64,000 bases of DNA from Eledone cirrhosa. Lineage: Eukaryota. Position numbers and translations under genes: made by a program. Shown in pieces: positions 42,458 to 55,149 of the stretch. Position 1 is the first letter of the stretch. Each line of letters starts with the position of its first letter. The notes under the pieces are model-generated. The model had not been told where the DNA came from. It saw only the letters and a list, made by a program, of their open reading frames with translations, and did not search any database. The DNA is taken from NCBI GenBank assembly GCA_964016885.1, contig OZ024741.1, positions 290,966,001 to 291,030,000 of the forward strand, written 5' to 3'.

Positions 42458-42555
42458 TTAACTTTGCCTTTCCTCCTTACGGGGTCGATAAAATAAAGTA
42501 CCAGTAATACACTGGGCAATTGCTGGCCTTGTGACTAACGTAGAAACAATTATTA
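42458..42555 (+). mobile_element. SINE family A, 5'-truncated
   Basis: Core and tail only. Confidence 0.85.
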
Positions 42556-44043
42556 TATATATATATATACATACATATACATATATATAAGAGAGAGAGA
42601 GATAGAGCGAGAGATATTTCGTCTACCAAACTCCACTCACAAGTGCAGAACTAAACGTTTATCATATTTATGTTTCAATTCTTTACTTTAAATCTATGGT
42701 AGAATTCAAGGTACCACACCGTAGGAACGAACCCGGTACCACATGCCTATGGAGTGTAAATCTTAACTAGGCAACCTATAGTGTCAATTGTTAATTACTT
42801 TTAACAAGATGTATTCGTATCTAGCGCTATTTGCTTCCTTCTCACTGTTTTGTCATGATTGAGGTTAATATGTGGGCATCAATTTTCACTTGTAATTTGA
42901 CCATCCATATCATATATCGTACGTGATAATAATGCTGTACTTGGTCACCATATGGTGATATCTTTTCTTTCCTTATCTCCTCTGACGGATTCACGAGTTT
43001 CTTAAATGTCTGTGTCTCAGAAAAAAATTGTAACACATACTAATTTGTGTCCTTTATTAGCCAAACACACGGCCAGAAATACACTAGTATCTGGTTTAAT
43101 CGCTCGAATGACACTACATACATGTATACATGTCAAGTAAGATAGAATCTCTTATCGATCTCAACAAGAATGTAAAATTGATACCAGAAGGTTCTGATCA
43201 CTTAGTGTATAAGGATGCAATATAATATATTTAGCTTCAATCCATTGTACTCAAGTCTATGCAAACTTGTTGAACTAAATACGTGTAAAGCATTTCGTCC
43301 GAAGTTCTAAAGATTCTGCCAACCCACCGATGATAAAAATATCAGTTCCTATTCTCTCACAAACATACCTGTTGATACACTTCCAAACATAAACGCCATC
43401 CACGTGTAGCCAAGACGCATTACGTCAAAGTTATACTACCGACATGGACAGAGAAACATTGAAAACTACACCAATCGAGATATGAGCTTTTTGCCTACTT
43501 CAAGAGCAATCACGGCACGCACTAGAGGTACCCAACCTCCACTAGTTTTGAAATTAACTGCAAAAGGCTATAAAATTTGCTTAGCTGAACTTTGATACTT
43601 GACTGGTGATTATTTAATCGAATCCTGGAAAATATAATGTAAAGTGTTGTTTGACAGGAATTAAACACAGCAAGTAAAGAAATGAAAGCAACACATGATA
43701 AACGACAAAGAAATATTTAGAAAATAGATATTATCGCGGCGTATACCTCTGACCATATATTCCGTCACGTCTCGACATTGCTACTAAAAACAAAGTGCTC
43801 AACGCAGTATGTAAAGAAAAGTATATTTACGTATGCATGAAGCACTTATACAAACAGTGACTTAATGTTTTCACAGCCAAGACATTTCATTTAATATGTT
43901 TCGATTGTACCAATCTTTTTAGAACTGATACACACGTGTGTACGATCAGATACAAGCAAACTATCATCTCCCTCACACACACACACACACACACAAGGCA
44001 GACAGATAAATGGATAGATAGACAGATTCAGAGAGGCGGAGAG

Positions 44044-44205
44044 AGAGTGAGTGGGTGAGAAAGAGTGAGTGGGTGAGAAAGAGTGAGTGGGTGAGAAAGA
44101 GTGGGTGGGTGAGAAAGAGTGGGTGGGTGAGAAAGAGTGGGTGGGTGAGAAAGAGTGGGTGGGTGAGAAAGAGTGGGTGGGTGAGAAAGAGTGGGTGGGT
44201 GAGAG
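44044..44205. repeat. 18-bp minisatellite gagtgggtgggtgagaaa
   Basis: About 9 copies. Confidence 0.93.
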
Positions 44206-44437
44206 GGCTAGAAAGTGTGAGAGGGTGAGAAAGAGTGAGAGGGAAAGAGTGAGCGGGAAAGAGTGAGAGAAAAAGTGAGTGAGAAAGAGTGTAAGCGAGT
44301 GTGTGTGTAAGCGAGTGTGTAAGTGTGTGTGTAAGTGTGTGTGTAAGTGTTGGGTATTTCCGTAGAAAGGTAAAGGAAAGAAGAGTGCTCTATGTATAGT
44401 ACAGAGCTATTTAGTTATCTAATAACAATATAACTAT

Positions 44438-44446
<9 letters not shown>

Positions 44447-44472
<26 letters not shown>

Positions 44473-44511
44473 TAAAGCGGGAGAGAGAAAGAGCGAGAGA
44501 GAAAGAAAGCG

Positions 44512-44542
<31 letters not shown>

Positions 44543-44706
44543 GAGAGAACGAGAGAGAGAACGAGAGAGAGAACGAGAGAGAAAGAGAGAACGAGAAAAA
44601 GAAAGAGAGAAAGAGAGTAAGAGAGAGAAAGAGAAAAAAAGAGAAAGAGAAAGAGAAAAAAAGAAAGGAGAAAAAAGAGAAAGAGAAAAAAAGAGAAAAA
44701 GAAAAA

Positions 44707-44737
<31 letters not shown>

Positions 44738-44838
44738 AAGAGAGAAAGAGAGAAAGAGAGAAAGAGAAAGAAATAAAGAAAGAAAGAAAGAGAGAAAGAG
44801 AGAAAGAAAGAACGAGAGAAAGAAAGAACGAGAGAAAG
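44447..44838. repeat. GA/GAAA polypurine tract
   Basis: Direct reading. Confidence 0.93.
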
Positions 44839-45387
44839 CTGTACATGTGCGCCACAATACATATCTCTGATAACCTAGATATATAAAAGCTCTCTAAATT
44901 TCATTGAGCGTGCTCGATAAGATATATTAGAATTGATTAAATCACTTAAGAGCGACGAAAACAAAAGCTATGTGAATAGAATAGAAGGAAAGAAAAAGAT
45001 ACAAAATAAATGACAGAAGAAAGAAACAAAAAAAAAAACAGAAACAAACAACAAAATAGTTGTAGGTTCAAATTCTTTAGTCTACGTATTTGAAAAATTT
45101 CTCCATTGCTTCCGCTGGTTTGAGCTGACCTGACAACATTGTTTTGGCTTTTTCGACGGGTGTGTTGGGAGGGTATTTGCAACAACGGGTGTCAACGGGC
45201 GGGATGGGTTCCTGTCGTTCATAGCTATATGTTGTAAACTTGTCATCCAACTGCCGTTGAAGTTATCGGCTATATTCAGGAAGGCCACCAAGTAATGCTA
45301 TCTATGTCGTTAGTTTTTCAAAGGTGTGGTAGCATCTGTACGCATATACTCGTGTACGAGGTTGTGTTTGCGTATGTATGAATATGC

Positions 45388-45436
<49 letters not shown>

Positions 45437-46058
45437 TAGAACACACAGAGAGCGCGACACACGCACATATATATATAGACGAAAAGGTTCAGGACCCCGA
45501 AGGCTTAGTTCGGACCTAGCTGTTGAAATGGCCGGAGTTCAGTCGTCGGGGTCTTGAACCTTTTCATATTAGCCTCTGTATCGAGTACTCTGCTGGGTTA
45601 TGTTCCACCTGGTATCTTACCACACACACATATATATATATACACACACAACTTCATATACATACATACATACATAGAGTTGGGGTTAGATGTAGATACA
45701 CACACACATTTTATTTATATATCCATATATATAATGCACGAAACTTTATTGCCCAAGGGTGGCTAATGAGGAAACTAGATGCTTCACGTTTTCTCTCTCA
45801 AACCCTCTCTCTTCTTTCTTGATGAAAGTCTATTTCCTTTCCTCTCACTACCTTGGACCGTGTCTTGCCCTAATTCCAATCGTAAAACTTATTTGATTAC
45901 GTATTCGCTTTGATCTTCTAACAGAAATAAACTCGCTTACTCTCCTCCATATCTATTTTGTTGTGTTGACTCATATGCATCTTTTCGGCAACTTTTTCTA
46001 AGCCACCGGGATTCAACATTATGCAATTCGCCATTTTGCACGAAATTGCATTGCCCCC

Positions 46059-46060
<2 letters not shown>

Positions 46061-46112
<52 letters not shown>

Positions 46113-46165
46113 AAGAGTGAGAGAGAGAGAGAGAAAGAGTGAGAGAGAGAGAGAGAAAGAGAGAA

Positions 46166-46252
<87 letters not shown>

Positions 46253-46410
46253 GAGAGGAAGAAAGAAAGAAGAGAAAGAAAGAAAGAGAAAGAAAGAGAG
46301 AGAGAGAGAGAGAGACAGACAGAGAGAGAGAGGAAGAAAGAAAGAAGAGAAAGAAAGAAAGAGAAAGAAAGAAAGAGAGAGAAAGAAAGAAAGAGAAAGA
46401 GAGAGAGATA
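46061..46410. repeat. (GA)n/(GAAA)n tract
   Basis: Direct reading. Confidence 0.93.
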
Positions 46411-46418
46411 GCTATTTT

Positions 46419-46453
<35 letters not shown>

Positions 46454-46508
46454 AAATAAGGTTATATTGTTTGACTTAGCAGAAACTGCTGGACGCTGGA
46501 GAGAATAG

Positions 46509-46617
46509 GGCGGCAGATTGGCAGAGGGTCGGACGCCATGCTCTGCAGCATAGAGTTACGGCCCTTTATGGTTTGAGTAAAAAGTCTCGCCGAGGTTACT
46601 TTGCCTTTCATCCTTAC
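46509..46617 (+). mobile_element. SINE family A, 3'-truncated
   Basis: Head plus start of the core. Confidence 0.85.
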
Positions 46618-46770
46618 AAGGATGCGTGTCAGTAATTACACACACACGAGAATTGGTACGGAGGCAGCCCTATTTATATATATATAACAGAATTTTATTT
46701 CTCGTCTTAGCACAGCTGATACATAAATGTAAGTATGCGCACACACACACAGGTTATACCGAACATTAAT

Positions 46771-46944
46771 AATTATTTCTACTTTTGGCACAAGGCCAGC
46801 AATTAACCAGTACATTACTGGTACTTTATTTTATCGACCCGTAAGGATGAAAGGCAAAGTTAACCTCGGCGGGATTTGAACTCAGACCGTAAACGGGCAT
46901 AACTATGCTGGAAAGTATGGCGTCCGACTCTCTACCGATACTGC
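46771..46944 (-). mobile_element. SINE family A
   Basis: Near full-length reverse copy. Confidence 0.9.
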
Positions 46945-46969
46945 GAAATAATGTCCGATTCGTTTGTAA

Positions 46970-47235
46970 ACAAACGGCCCGATTTGAAGCTGTCCCATGT
47001 GACCGATCGTCACCTGTTCGTTCAACACTGGCTTTGAGGAACAATCAACATGTTTCTGGGTCATTATTCTTCACCAGGGCTGTAAACCTCTGCCAGTCTG
47101 TTGAACGGTTGAAAATATATAGTATTTTATTAAGTACACCTCGGCTGAATAGCCTCATTTGCATACCGAGCGAGTGTTGAACAAAGAGGTGTCGAACAGT
47201 CACCGACACGACAGCTTCAAATCGGGCCATTTGTC
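46970..47235. mobile_element. MITE/fold-back element with ~60-bp imperfect TIRs
   Basis: ggcccgatttgaagctgtc...ttcaacact versus agtgttgaa...gacagcttcaaatcgggcc. Confidence 0.7.
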
Positions 47236-47347
47236 TTTAGAATATGAATTTAAATTCAGCGACGCACAGGACAGAGGACATGGGGCTATCAGCCGGTCCG
47301 TCATTTTTTCCATTCTCTTCCTCCCGTACGACCCATATTTTGAATTC

Positions 47348-47393
<46 letters not shown>

Positions 47394-47589
47394 AGAGAGA
47401 GAGACAGATAGAGAGATAGAGATAGATAGAGAGAAAGAGAAAGAGAGATAGCTAGATAGAAAGAGAAAGAGAGATAGCTAGATAGAAAGAGAAAGAGAGA
47501 TAGCTAGATAGAAAGAGAAAGAGAAAGAGTGGAAGAGAGAAAGAGAGAGAGAAAGAGTGGAAGAGAGAGATAAAGAGAGAGAAAGAGAG

Positions 47590-47622
<33 letters not shown>

Positions 47623-48734
47623 AAGAGAACATGAATTTTACACACAAAGCATATTTGGACTGGGCGCTATGATAAAGATGCCAAAATGGTACGCCGATGA
47701 AACATTTCTGGGATCTCACGACTAGCCACTGACAATATGGCGGCAAAATTAAGATTACACCACACTGACACAAGTATGTTATATATTAGCCATGTGAAGG
47801 AGGCATAATGGCCACAACATATTTTACTGTAAGAGAAAAGATGAGAAATATTTGCTCAGAATAGTATCAAATATTAAGGCCCCACCAGTATCACCACCAT
47901 CACCACCACCATCATCAACGTCTTTTTCATACATATATAATAGTTCACGAAGAATTGTTGATGTTTTCAACATGGACACCTGTTATAAAAACCTATTAAA
48001 CACTGACCTAGAAATTTCCTCATTGTGAATAAATAGAATAAATTACATAACATTGGTAGCAGCATAACTATATAAAGTTCCCTTTGGTTATCACTGACCG
48101 TGAGTTTGCACTTGCAAAGATTCCTCTCCAAGGCGCAAGCATTTCAGTCTCCCTTCTCCACTCCACTGATACTGTCCAAGGAATTGGAAACAGGCTGATA
48201 CAAGATACAATTTGGCACCAATATTGCCAAAATGCATGCTTTCCAGCAGAATGAACAAAAGTAACTTGAATAAAAGTGCCATGCTCAAAGACACAACATG
48301 CCACCTGTTCTGAGAATCTAGCGCAAAGTCTTAAGTTACTGAGCCATAGTGTGTAGTTAACCGCTTGGGTTTAAGCTTAAACATTTCCATGTAGGTTGAT
48401 TCATATTGTAAAATATACGACTTTCTTTTCGTTTCTTTGCTATACATGAAGTATGGTTAACGTATAGTGTAAATAAAAGCACAGCGTATAACAAAAAAGA
48501 GAGGTATGTCATACATGATGAATTTCAAGAGGATTAATGATGAGCAATGGATAGTCAGAGTAGTTAACACACAAGACAAAGGCTTAGAAATATATTCGGT
48601 CTCTTTCCATTTTGAGTTCAAATCTCTCGATACAATCAACTAGCAAGCAAGTACTCTGAGATCGATATAATCAACGTCCCTTCCCTCCAAGATTACTGAC
48701 TTTATGCCTATATTAGAAATCATTATTGCTTACA

Positions 48735-48776
48735 ATGCAGTGGGTAATTGCTGGCCTTTTGCCTAAAGTAGAAACA
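48735..48776 (+). mobile_element. SINE family A tail-only insertion
   Basis: 42-bp 3' end with 13-bp TSD attattgcttaca (48722-48734, 48777-48789), inside the tail of an older decayed SINE. Confidence 0.8.
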
Positions 48777-49030
48777 ATTATTGCTTACACTAGCATACAT
48801 GTAAATAAGTAGTAAAAATTACTGAACAAGAGAGAAAAATGTATGATAATGATTAACAGAACGTGACGTTGTCATTATGTGTTGGCTCTATGTTGGTGTG
48901 TCTATACATACATACATGTTTATGTATGTGTGTGTATATATATATATATATAAGTTAATATTAACCTGATGACTTACACTCCTTGTTTGTTTATATATAT
49001 ATATGTATATATACACACGTGTATTCACAC

Positions 49031-49099
<69 letters not shown>

Positions 49100-49897
49100 C
49101 ACACACACACACATATACATATTTTATTTTTATATTGTATATTTACTATGGTATACATATACTAAACCAATACACTTTTCACAGATTATATATATAACTT
49201 TTTTTTTTTTTTTGATAGATATGTGTGTGTGTGGTGTGTGTGTGGTGTGTGGTGTGTGGTGTGTGGTGTGTGTGTAATGCATTTAATTCTAATTGGAAAA
49301 AACACACACATACCGGTATGCGGGTATACACACTGCTTAAGTCGGATTATATTTAAAACTGTCGTCAGTAAATATATGAGGAAGTACGTACTACGTTAAG
49401 GTAAATATATTTCATACAGTAGTAAAATACCTTCAGTGCAACAAACAAGGTGCAGGGGACAGAAAAGATTTATAGAGCAGGGAGAGGTGTGTCACAGGTA
49501 GCCAGACGGGTGGCTGTCGTCTACCCAGCTAGATGGATTTGAAGTTAAAAATATATATATATACGAATTGACAGATATAAACACAGTATATGTGCGCGCA
49601 CGTGTGTAGTCTGTGTGTATGTGTGTATGTATGTGTAGACTGTGTCTGTAAAGATGAATAGAGCATTAGAAAGATAGACAGGTAGATAAATCGATAGAGA
49701 TAAGGATATGTCGATAGATATAATAGAAAGGTGGTGGACAGATTTATGTATTTACATACACCAAGTCAATAGAAAACGAACACTACATATATATATATAC
49801 GCACACACACATATCTGTATAAATGACCGAAAATAAAAAAAAATTCATTGTGGACTAGCCGGGAATGTAGACATACCTTGAGAGAGAGAGAGAGAGC

Positions 49898-49928
<31 letters not shown>

Positions 49929-50124
49929 ATAAATAGAGAGAGAGAGAGCTAGATAAATTTATTTATTAGCCACCAGGGCACAAAAGAAGGGGACAAATAC
50001 AAATGGGGAGTTTACATACAGGTATATGAAAATAAAACTTAATAAAATAACAAATAACAATTGAAATCCCCAATAGGGGGGAGGCGTGACACTGGGGTTG
50101 TACACATCACCGAAAAAATGTACA

Positions 50125-50580
50125 GATAGATAGAGAGAGAGGGAGGGAGATAGATAGATAGAGATAGATAGAGAGAGAGCTAGATAGATAGAGAGAGAGA
50201 AAGCTAGATAGATAGAGAGAGAGAGAGCTAGATAGATAGAGAGAGAGAGAGCTAGATAGATAGAGAGAGAGAGAGCTAGATAGATAGAGAGAGAGAGAGC
50301 TAGATAGATAGAGAGAGAGAGAGCTAGATAGATAGAGAGAGAGAGCTAGATAGATAGAGAGAGAGAGCTAGATAGATAGAGAGAGAGAGCTAGATAGATA
50401 GAGAGAGAGAGCTAGATAGATAGATAGAGAGAGCTAGATAAAGAGAGAGAGAGGGGAGAGCTAGATAAAGAGAGAGAGAGGGGGGAGAGCTAGATAAAGA
50501 GAGAGAGAGGGGGGAGAGCTAGATAAAGAGAGAGGGGAGAGCTAGATAAAGAGAGAGGGGAGAGCGAGATAAAGAGAGAT
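50125..50580. repeat. (GAGAGAGAGCTAGATAGATA)n minisatellite adjacent to the putative first donor
   Basis: Direct reading. Confidence 0.93.
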
Positions 50581-50598
50581 TGTATGTGAGATACTTAC

Positions 50599-50612
50599 AT
50601 GCATTTATACAT
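50599..50612 (-). CDS. FGF8/17/18: Probable FGF start exon coding part (ATG TAT AAA TGC AT| = MYKCM)
   Basis: ATG followed by a consensus CAT|GTAAGTA donor in phase 2, which matches the 23978 exon. In-frame TGA TGA lies just upstream. Only 14 nt, so a chance match is not excluded. Confidence 0.55.
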
Positions 50613-50992
50613 CGATTGTTTTCATCACTTAAATACCGCCTATCCGAAGACACATTGTATAGGTGGTGGTAACATATTCCATTTCTTCTACAAGTGTGTA
50701 TATGTGGTTCATATATATTATATTATATATATATATATATAATTATTTATACGTGTGTGTGATATGTATATTATCACTGCTGTAGTTCTGGGTGTCGCGG
50801 GTGTGTTTGAATTTTTTGCTTTATTTTGTTTTTATCTTATAATTGTCATTTGTTTTATTTCCCTTTCAAATAAATAGAGATACGCTTTTATAAATAAATT
50901 TAGAAAAAAAAAATGAATACTTTCATAAATTATATAAATATAAAGTTATAAAAAATATATTTTAAATATAGAAAATATGTGAGTATATATAG

Positions 50993-51023
<31 letters not shown>

Positions 51024-51369
51024 ATAAATTATCTACATTCCGCACGTCGATTTAAAAGTAAATACGCATCCGTATAATAATAGTATATATATATATATAG
51101 AGTTTATGGATTGTAATGTCAAGTTACTGTTGATTCCCCAATGTGAGCACTGGTACTGGGATGTCCTTCAAGGAGGTTGTGTTGTGCAAACTTTCCATGG
51201 TCTTCCACGTATATGTGTGTGCGTATATATACATACACATACATAGATATATATAAATATATACATATATATATATTCAAACACGTATATATTTATTTAC
51301 GCATATATATATACACGCGTACATGTTACAGGCTGTATAGATATGCATGTGTGTATATGTATATTCCAC

Positions 51370-51500
51370 GCGAGAATAATGTGATCCAATCAATGTCAGC
51401 ATATAAAGAGCTGTCGGAGGGTGGGATCGACGTTGGTTGGTAGTAACGAGGGTGGTGAGAAGTGAACTCGTCTGGGTAGGACAGAGGGTGGAAGGAGAAG
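51370..51500. promoter_or_regulatory. Candidate core promoter region upstream of the FGF start exon
   Basis: Non-repetitive, CpG-containing patch with CCAAT (51386) and ATATAAA (51401-51407), ~0.8 kb upstream of the putative ATG. Motif orientation is ambiguous. Confidence 0.3.
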
Positions 51501-51734
51501 GGGAGAATTTTTTTTTTTTTTTTTAAAGAGCAGGAAGTTGATAGGGCGAAGCAGAATGGAAAGTAAAGATTAAGCAAAGAGAGGAGAAAGGAAAATAAGA
51601 AAAAGAACGAGTTTTACGACGACGGTGTGGTGATTGAATTGTGAATGAAAGATCGCTAGTGTGAACGTAAAATGATATGACTAGTATACAAAACGAAGGT
51701 GGGACAGATGCGTGTGCACAATTTATTTATAGGT

Positions 51735-51909
51735 AACTTCCGTTGTAACGAATTTTTCAGTATAACGAATGTTTCAATATAATTTTTTTCAATCCCCGAG
51801 GTAATAACAAATGATCGATTTGTTTCGGTTCATCTCGTCTTAAAGAATTTTTCGTTACAACGACTTTTTTAATACCCCTTAAATTTCGTTATAACGTAAT
51901 TTCACTGTA
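51735..51909. mobile_element. pogo/Tigger-like MITE relic
   Basis: Repeated cgttataacg/taacgaa motifs ending in ttcactg|ta. Confidence 0.55.
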
Positions 51910-51996
51910 TATCATTTGCGCACCATCAAACTGCCCAAGGGTTTTAACGTAAAACGAAGGTAGGCAGATGAGGATACACAATATATATGTAATATT

Positions 51997-52119
51997 AATT
52001 GTTTCTACTTTAGGCACAAGGCCAGCAATTATCCAGTGCATTACTGGTACGTTATTTTATCGACCCCGTAAGGATGAAAGGCAAAGTCAACCTCGGCGGG
52101 ATTTGAACTCAGATCGTAA
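51997..52119 (-). mobile_element. SINE family A, 5'-truncated
   Basis: Tail, core and B-box present; head missing. Confidence 0.88.
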
Positions 52120-52124
52120 CTAGC

Positions 52125-52370
52125 TTTATAAAACCATATTTATCTTATATATATTTCAAAGGTACCAGAATTTTGATACGCACTCATCAGATAAAATACG
52201 AAAGTTATTTTACGATAGTGACATATTCGAAACTAGAACTTAACGTTTTGAGTTCTAGTTTCGAATATGTCACTATCTGTAAAACAACTTTTGTATTTTA
52301 TCTGATGAGACCGTACGAAAATGTTGGTACCCTTGAAATATATATAACAACATAAATATGGTTTTATAAA
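52125..52370. repeat. Long inverted repeat (~115-bp arms, perfect 27-bp inner arms)
   Basis: 52214-52240 is the exact reverse complement of 52251-52277; CTGATGA on each arm. Confidence 0.9.
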
Positions 52371-52698
52371 TATAGTCTCCATTTATAAATATTATAGATA
52401 TTACACTCCAGAAGAAAATACTGTTGAGTGCTTCTAATCTGTTTTAAACTAAATTTGTTGAATAACCAACAAATTAAATAACTCATTGCTTATATATATG
52501 TATATACATATATATATATATAGGGCACCCTCAAACTGCGCACCTTTATTTTGTTAAACACTCATAGCCTTTTTACGTTCAAACGAGTCACATACATTAC
52601 ATATGGTAGTATAGAAGGCAGAGAATTGGAAGACTGGTTAGAAAGTGGTATTTTTCTGACACCCCTACGGCTCTCTCAGGATTACGGTACCATAATCT

Positions 52699-52738
<40 letters not shown>

Positions 52739-52944
52739 TATGTATATGTATGTGTGTTATGTTGCATTTGCTCCATTTATTTCTGTATCAATTTTGTTCG
52801 TTCTTGTCTTTCTTTTTCCGATCAAGCAGACTTGTGAGTAAAATTGATACAGTCATGACAATCTCATTTTACATCTATTTGTTTAGCCACAGTCCGGCAC
52901 TGGTCGAACAAACATGCTTAATGTGTTCCACTCATGATCCTACA

Positions 52945-53030
52945 CCAGGGGTTCTTAACCTTTTTTTCGCTGTAGACCACCAAAATAAGTATTTTTTTCC
53001 TGTGGACCACCTAAACTTTTATATCTTTTG
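52945..53030 (+). mobile_element. hAT-like terminal fragment
   Basis: caggggttcttaacct terminus with repeated gaccac. Confidence 0.45.
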
Positions 53031-53254
53031 TAATAGAACTGCTACTTATAAGCATCTGTAGATGTTTGTATCCCGGCTTTTATTCATTGCATCCTTTAAT
53101 TAAAAAAAGAAGCGGGTAAGTAGTAAAATAGTATTTGACTGCTACTTTTAGCAAGACCTTCATAGGTTCGATCTATTTCCAATCAGCTGATTTGACAACA
53201 CACACACACACAATACAAGAAACTAGAATAAACTACATATACAGAGTCTGGGAG

Positions 53255-53420
53255 ACGTAGGGAAAGGGACAGAGAGAGAGACAGTGAGACAGGGAGAGAG
53301 AGAGACAGGGAGAGAGAGAAAGAGATATATAGAGAGAGACAGAGAGAGAGAGAGACAGACGGACAGAGAGAGAGAGGGAGAGAGACAGATAGAGGGAGAG
53401 AGAGATATATAGAGAGAGAC

Positions 53421-53497
<77 letters not shown>

Positions 53498-53504
53498 TAG
53501 AGAG

Positions 53505-53543
<39 letters not shown>

Positions 53544-53586
53544 TAGATAGAGACAGACAGAGAGATAGATAGAGAGAGACAGAGAC
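53255..53586. repeat. (GA)n(TA)n(GA)n compound repeat
   Basis: Direct reading. Confidence 0.93.
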
Positions 53587-53921
53587 TGTTATCTACATAC
53601 AGAACAGTAACCGTCACACATAAAAGCCGAAACACCTCTTCACATAATCACACATGTGCCCTAACGACCTCAATGCACACGGATACTGCCAAACCCATCC
53701 CCTATTCATATAGACATTCACACGCGCACAAAAATTATTGATACGCTGCAGATATTAAGGATGGCTTATACAATCATGTGATCATCTGAAACGCCACACC
53801 GTTCAGTTAACCTGTTAGAGTTTGTTTATTCCACAGATACACAAGTAAGTTTAACTTAAAACACAGACTAAATCAACGTGGTAAAATATGTTACGAGGTC
53901 GTGTTGACCGGACCGGGTGAC

Positions 53922-54101
53922 CAGTGCCGGATTTACCAATGCGCTTAAGTGTGTTTCAGCATAAGACCCCGTTGGCCGAGGAAGGGGAGGAGGGGAGGGC
54001 AACATTTTTTTTTTTTACCGGGCCTACCTCCTTCAGGACCCAAGTAAGGGGCTTCATAACTTAACTAGCGCAGGGCCTCATTTGTCCTAAATCTGACACT
54101 G
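53922..54101. mobile_element. hAT-like MITE
   Basis: TIRs cagtgccggattta / taaatctgacactg; no clean TSD seen. Confidence 0.6.
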
Positions 54102-55038
54102 GTGTTGAAGACCCTTCGCCAAGGAAACTGAAAGGGGAAATGGATGGTTGTACTGCTTTACTTTTTAAATGGGGAACCCTACAATTTAGGCAAATTTACG
54201 GAGATACACTAATTTCGAAACTCTTTTAGAATTATTGTGAAATAGAATGCCCATCCAGAATCATCAGATGACGACAAGTCGCATTCCAATTCAGAGATCC
54301 TGGTGAATGCCCTGCTACTGTAAAAGACCCTTGCCCAGTATTACACTCGGTGGAACCAGAATCTCATGATTGCAAATCGTACTTAATTATATGTCATACA
54401 CAAACAGTATGTAGACACACGTAAACATGCGTTCATACACACATATGTAGGCATATTTAGGTACACGCTCGCGCCCATTCTGAGAAACAGACACGCATAG
54501 AAAGATATATAATCACACACACACACATATATAAACTTAGATATACTTACATATATTTATGAAACAGAATTCCACGATTACAATACACGACCAACCATCA
54601 GGTTCACCACCAACACCAAAACCACTGGTAACAACAACAACACGAAAAATAAACAACAATAACACTACCAACAATAACAATTGTAACAACAAGACCAGCA
54701 ACACTGCCACCACATGTACGCTCTCCCATTCATGTATTCGTTCATTCATTGAGAAACGTCTCGCTCTACAGACCAAGAACTCTTTTCTTTTCTTCACCAG
54801 TCCACTAGCAACAGTAGGCGGTTTTTTTTTTTAAGATTGAAGCTCTAATTCACACGGTGACACTCCAACACCTCATCGTCATCCCCCCCCCCCCATCCAC
54901 CACCAATTATATTGTGTGCTAGGGTCATTAAATACCTGCTGATTTTATATATATATATATATATATATATAAAGATATAGATACACATACATACACACAC
55001 ACATAAATTATTATTATTATTATTATTATTAATGATAA

Positions 55039-55149
55039 TTTATATAGAAATGACTTCTACAGGACTAGAACTGTTTCATTCTTCTGAAATCATTGGGATT
55101 TCATACGAATGAAACAGTTTTAGTCCTGTAGAAGTAATTTCTATATAAA
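55039..55149. repeat. Fold-back of the 14026/32791 hammerhead family
   Basis: 53-bp imperfect arms around a 5-nt spacer. Confidence 0.88.

Noticed and set aside
42847-42858. Alternative FGF start exon ATG ACA AAA CA|gtgaga (MTKQ)
   Set aside because: Phase fits, but the donor is weaker and there is no promoter-like context; kept only as a fallback to 50612.
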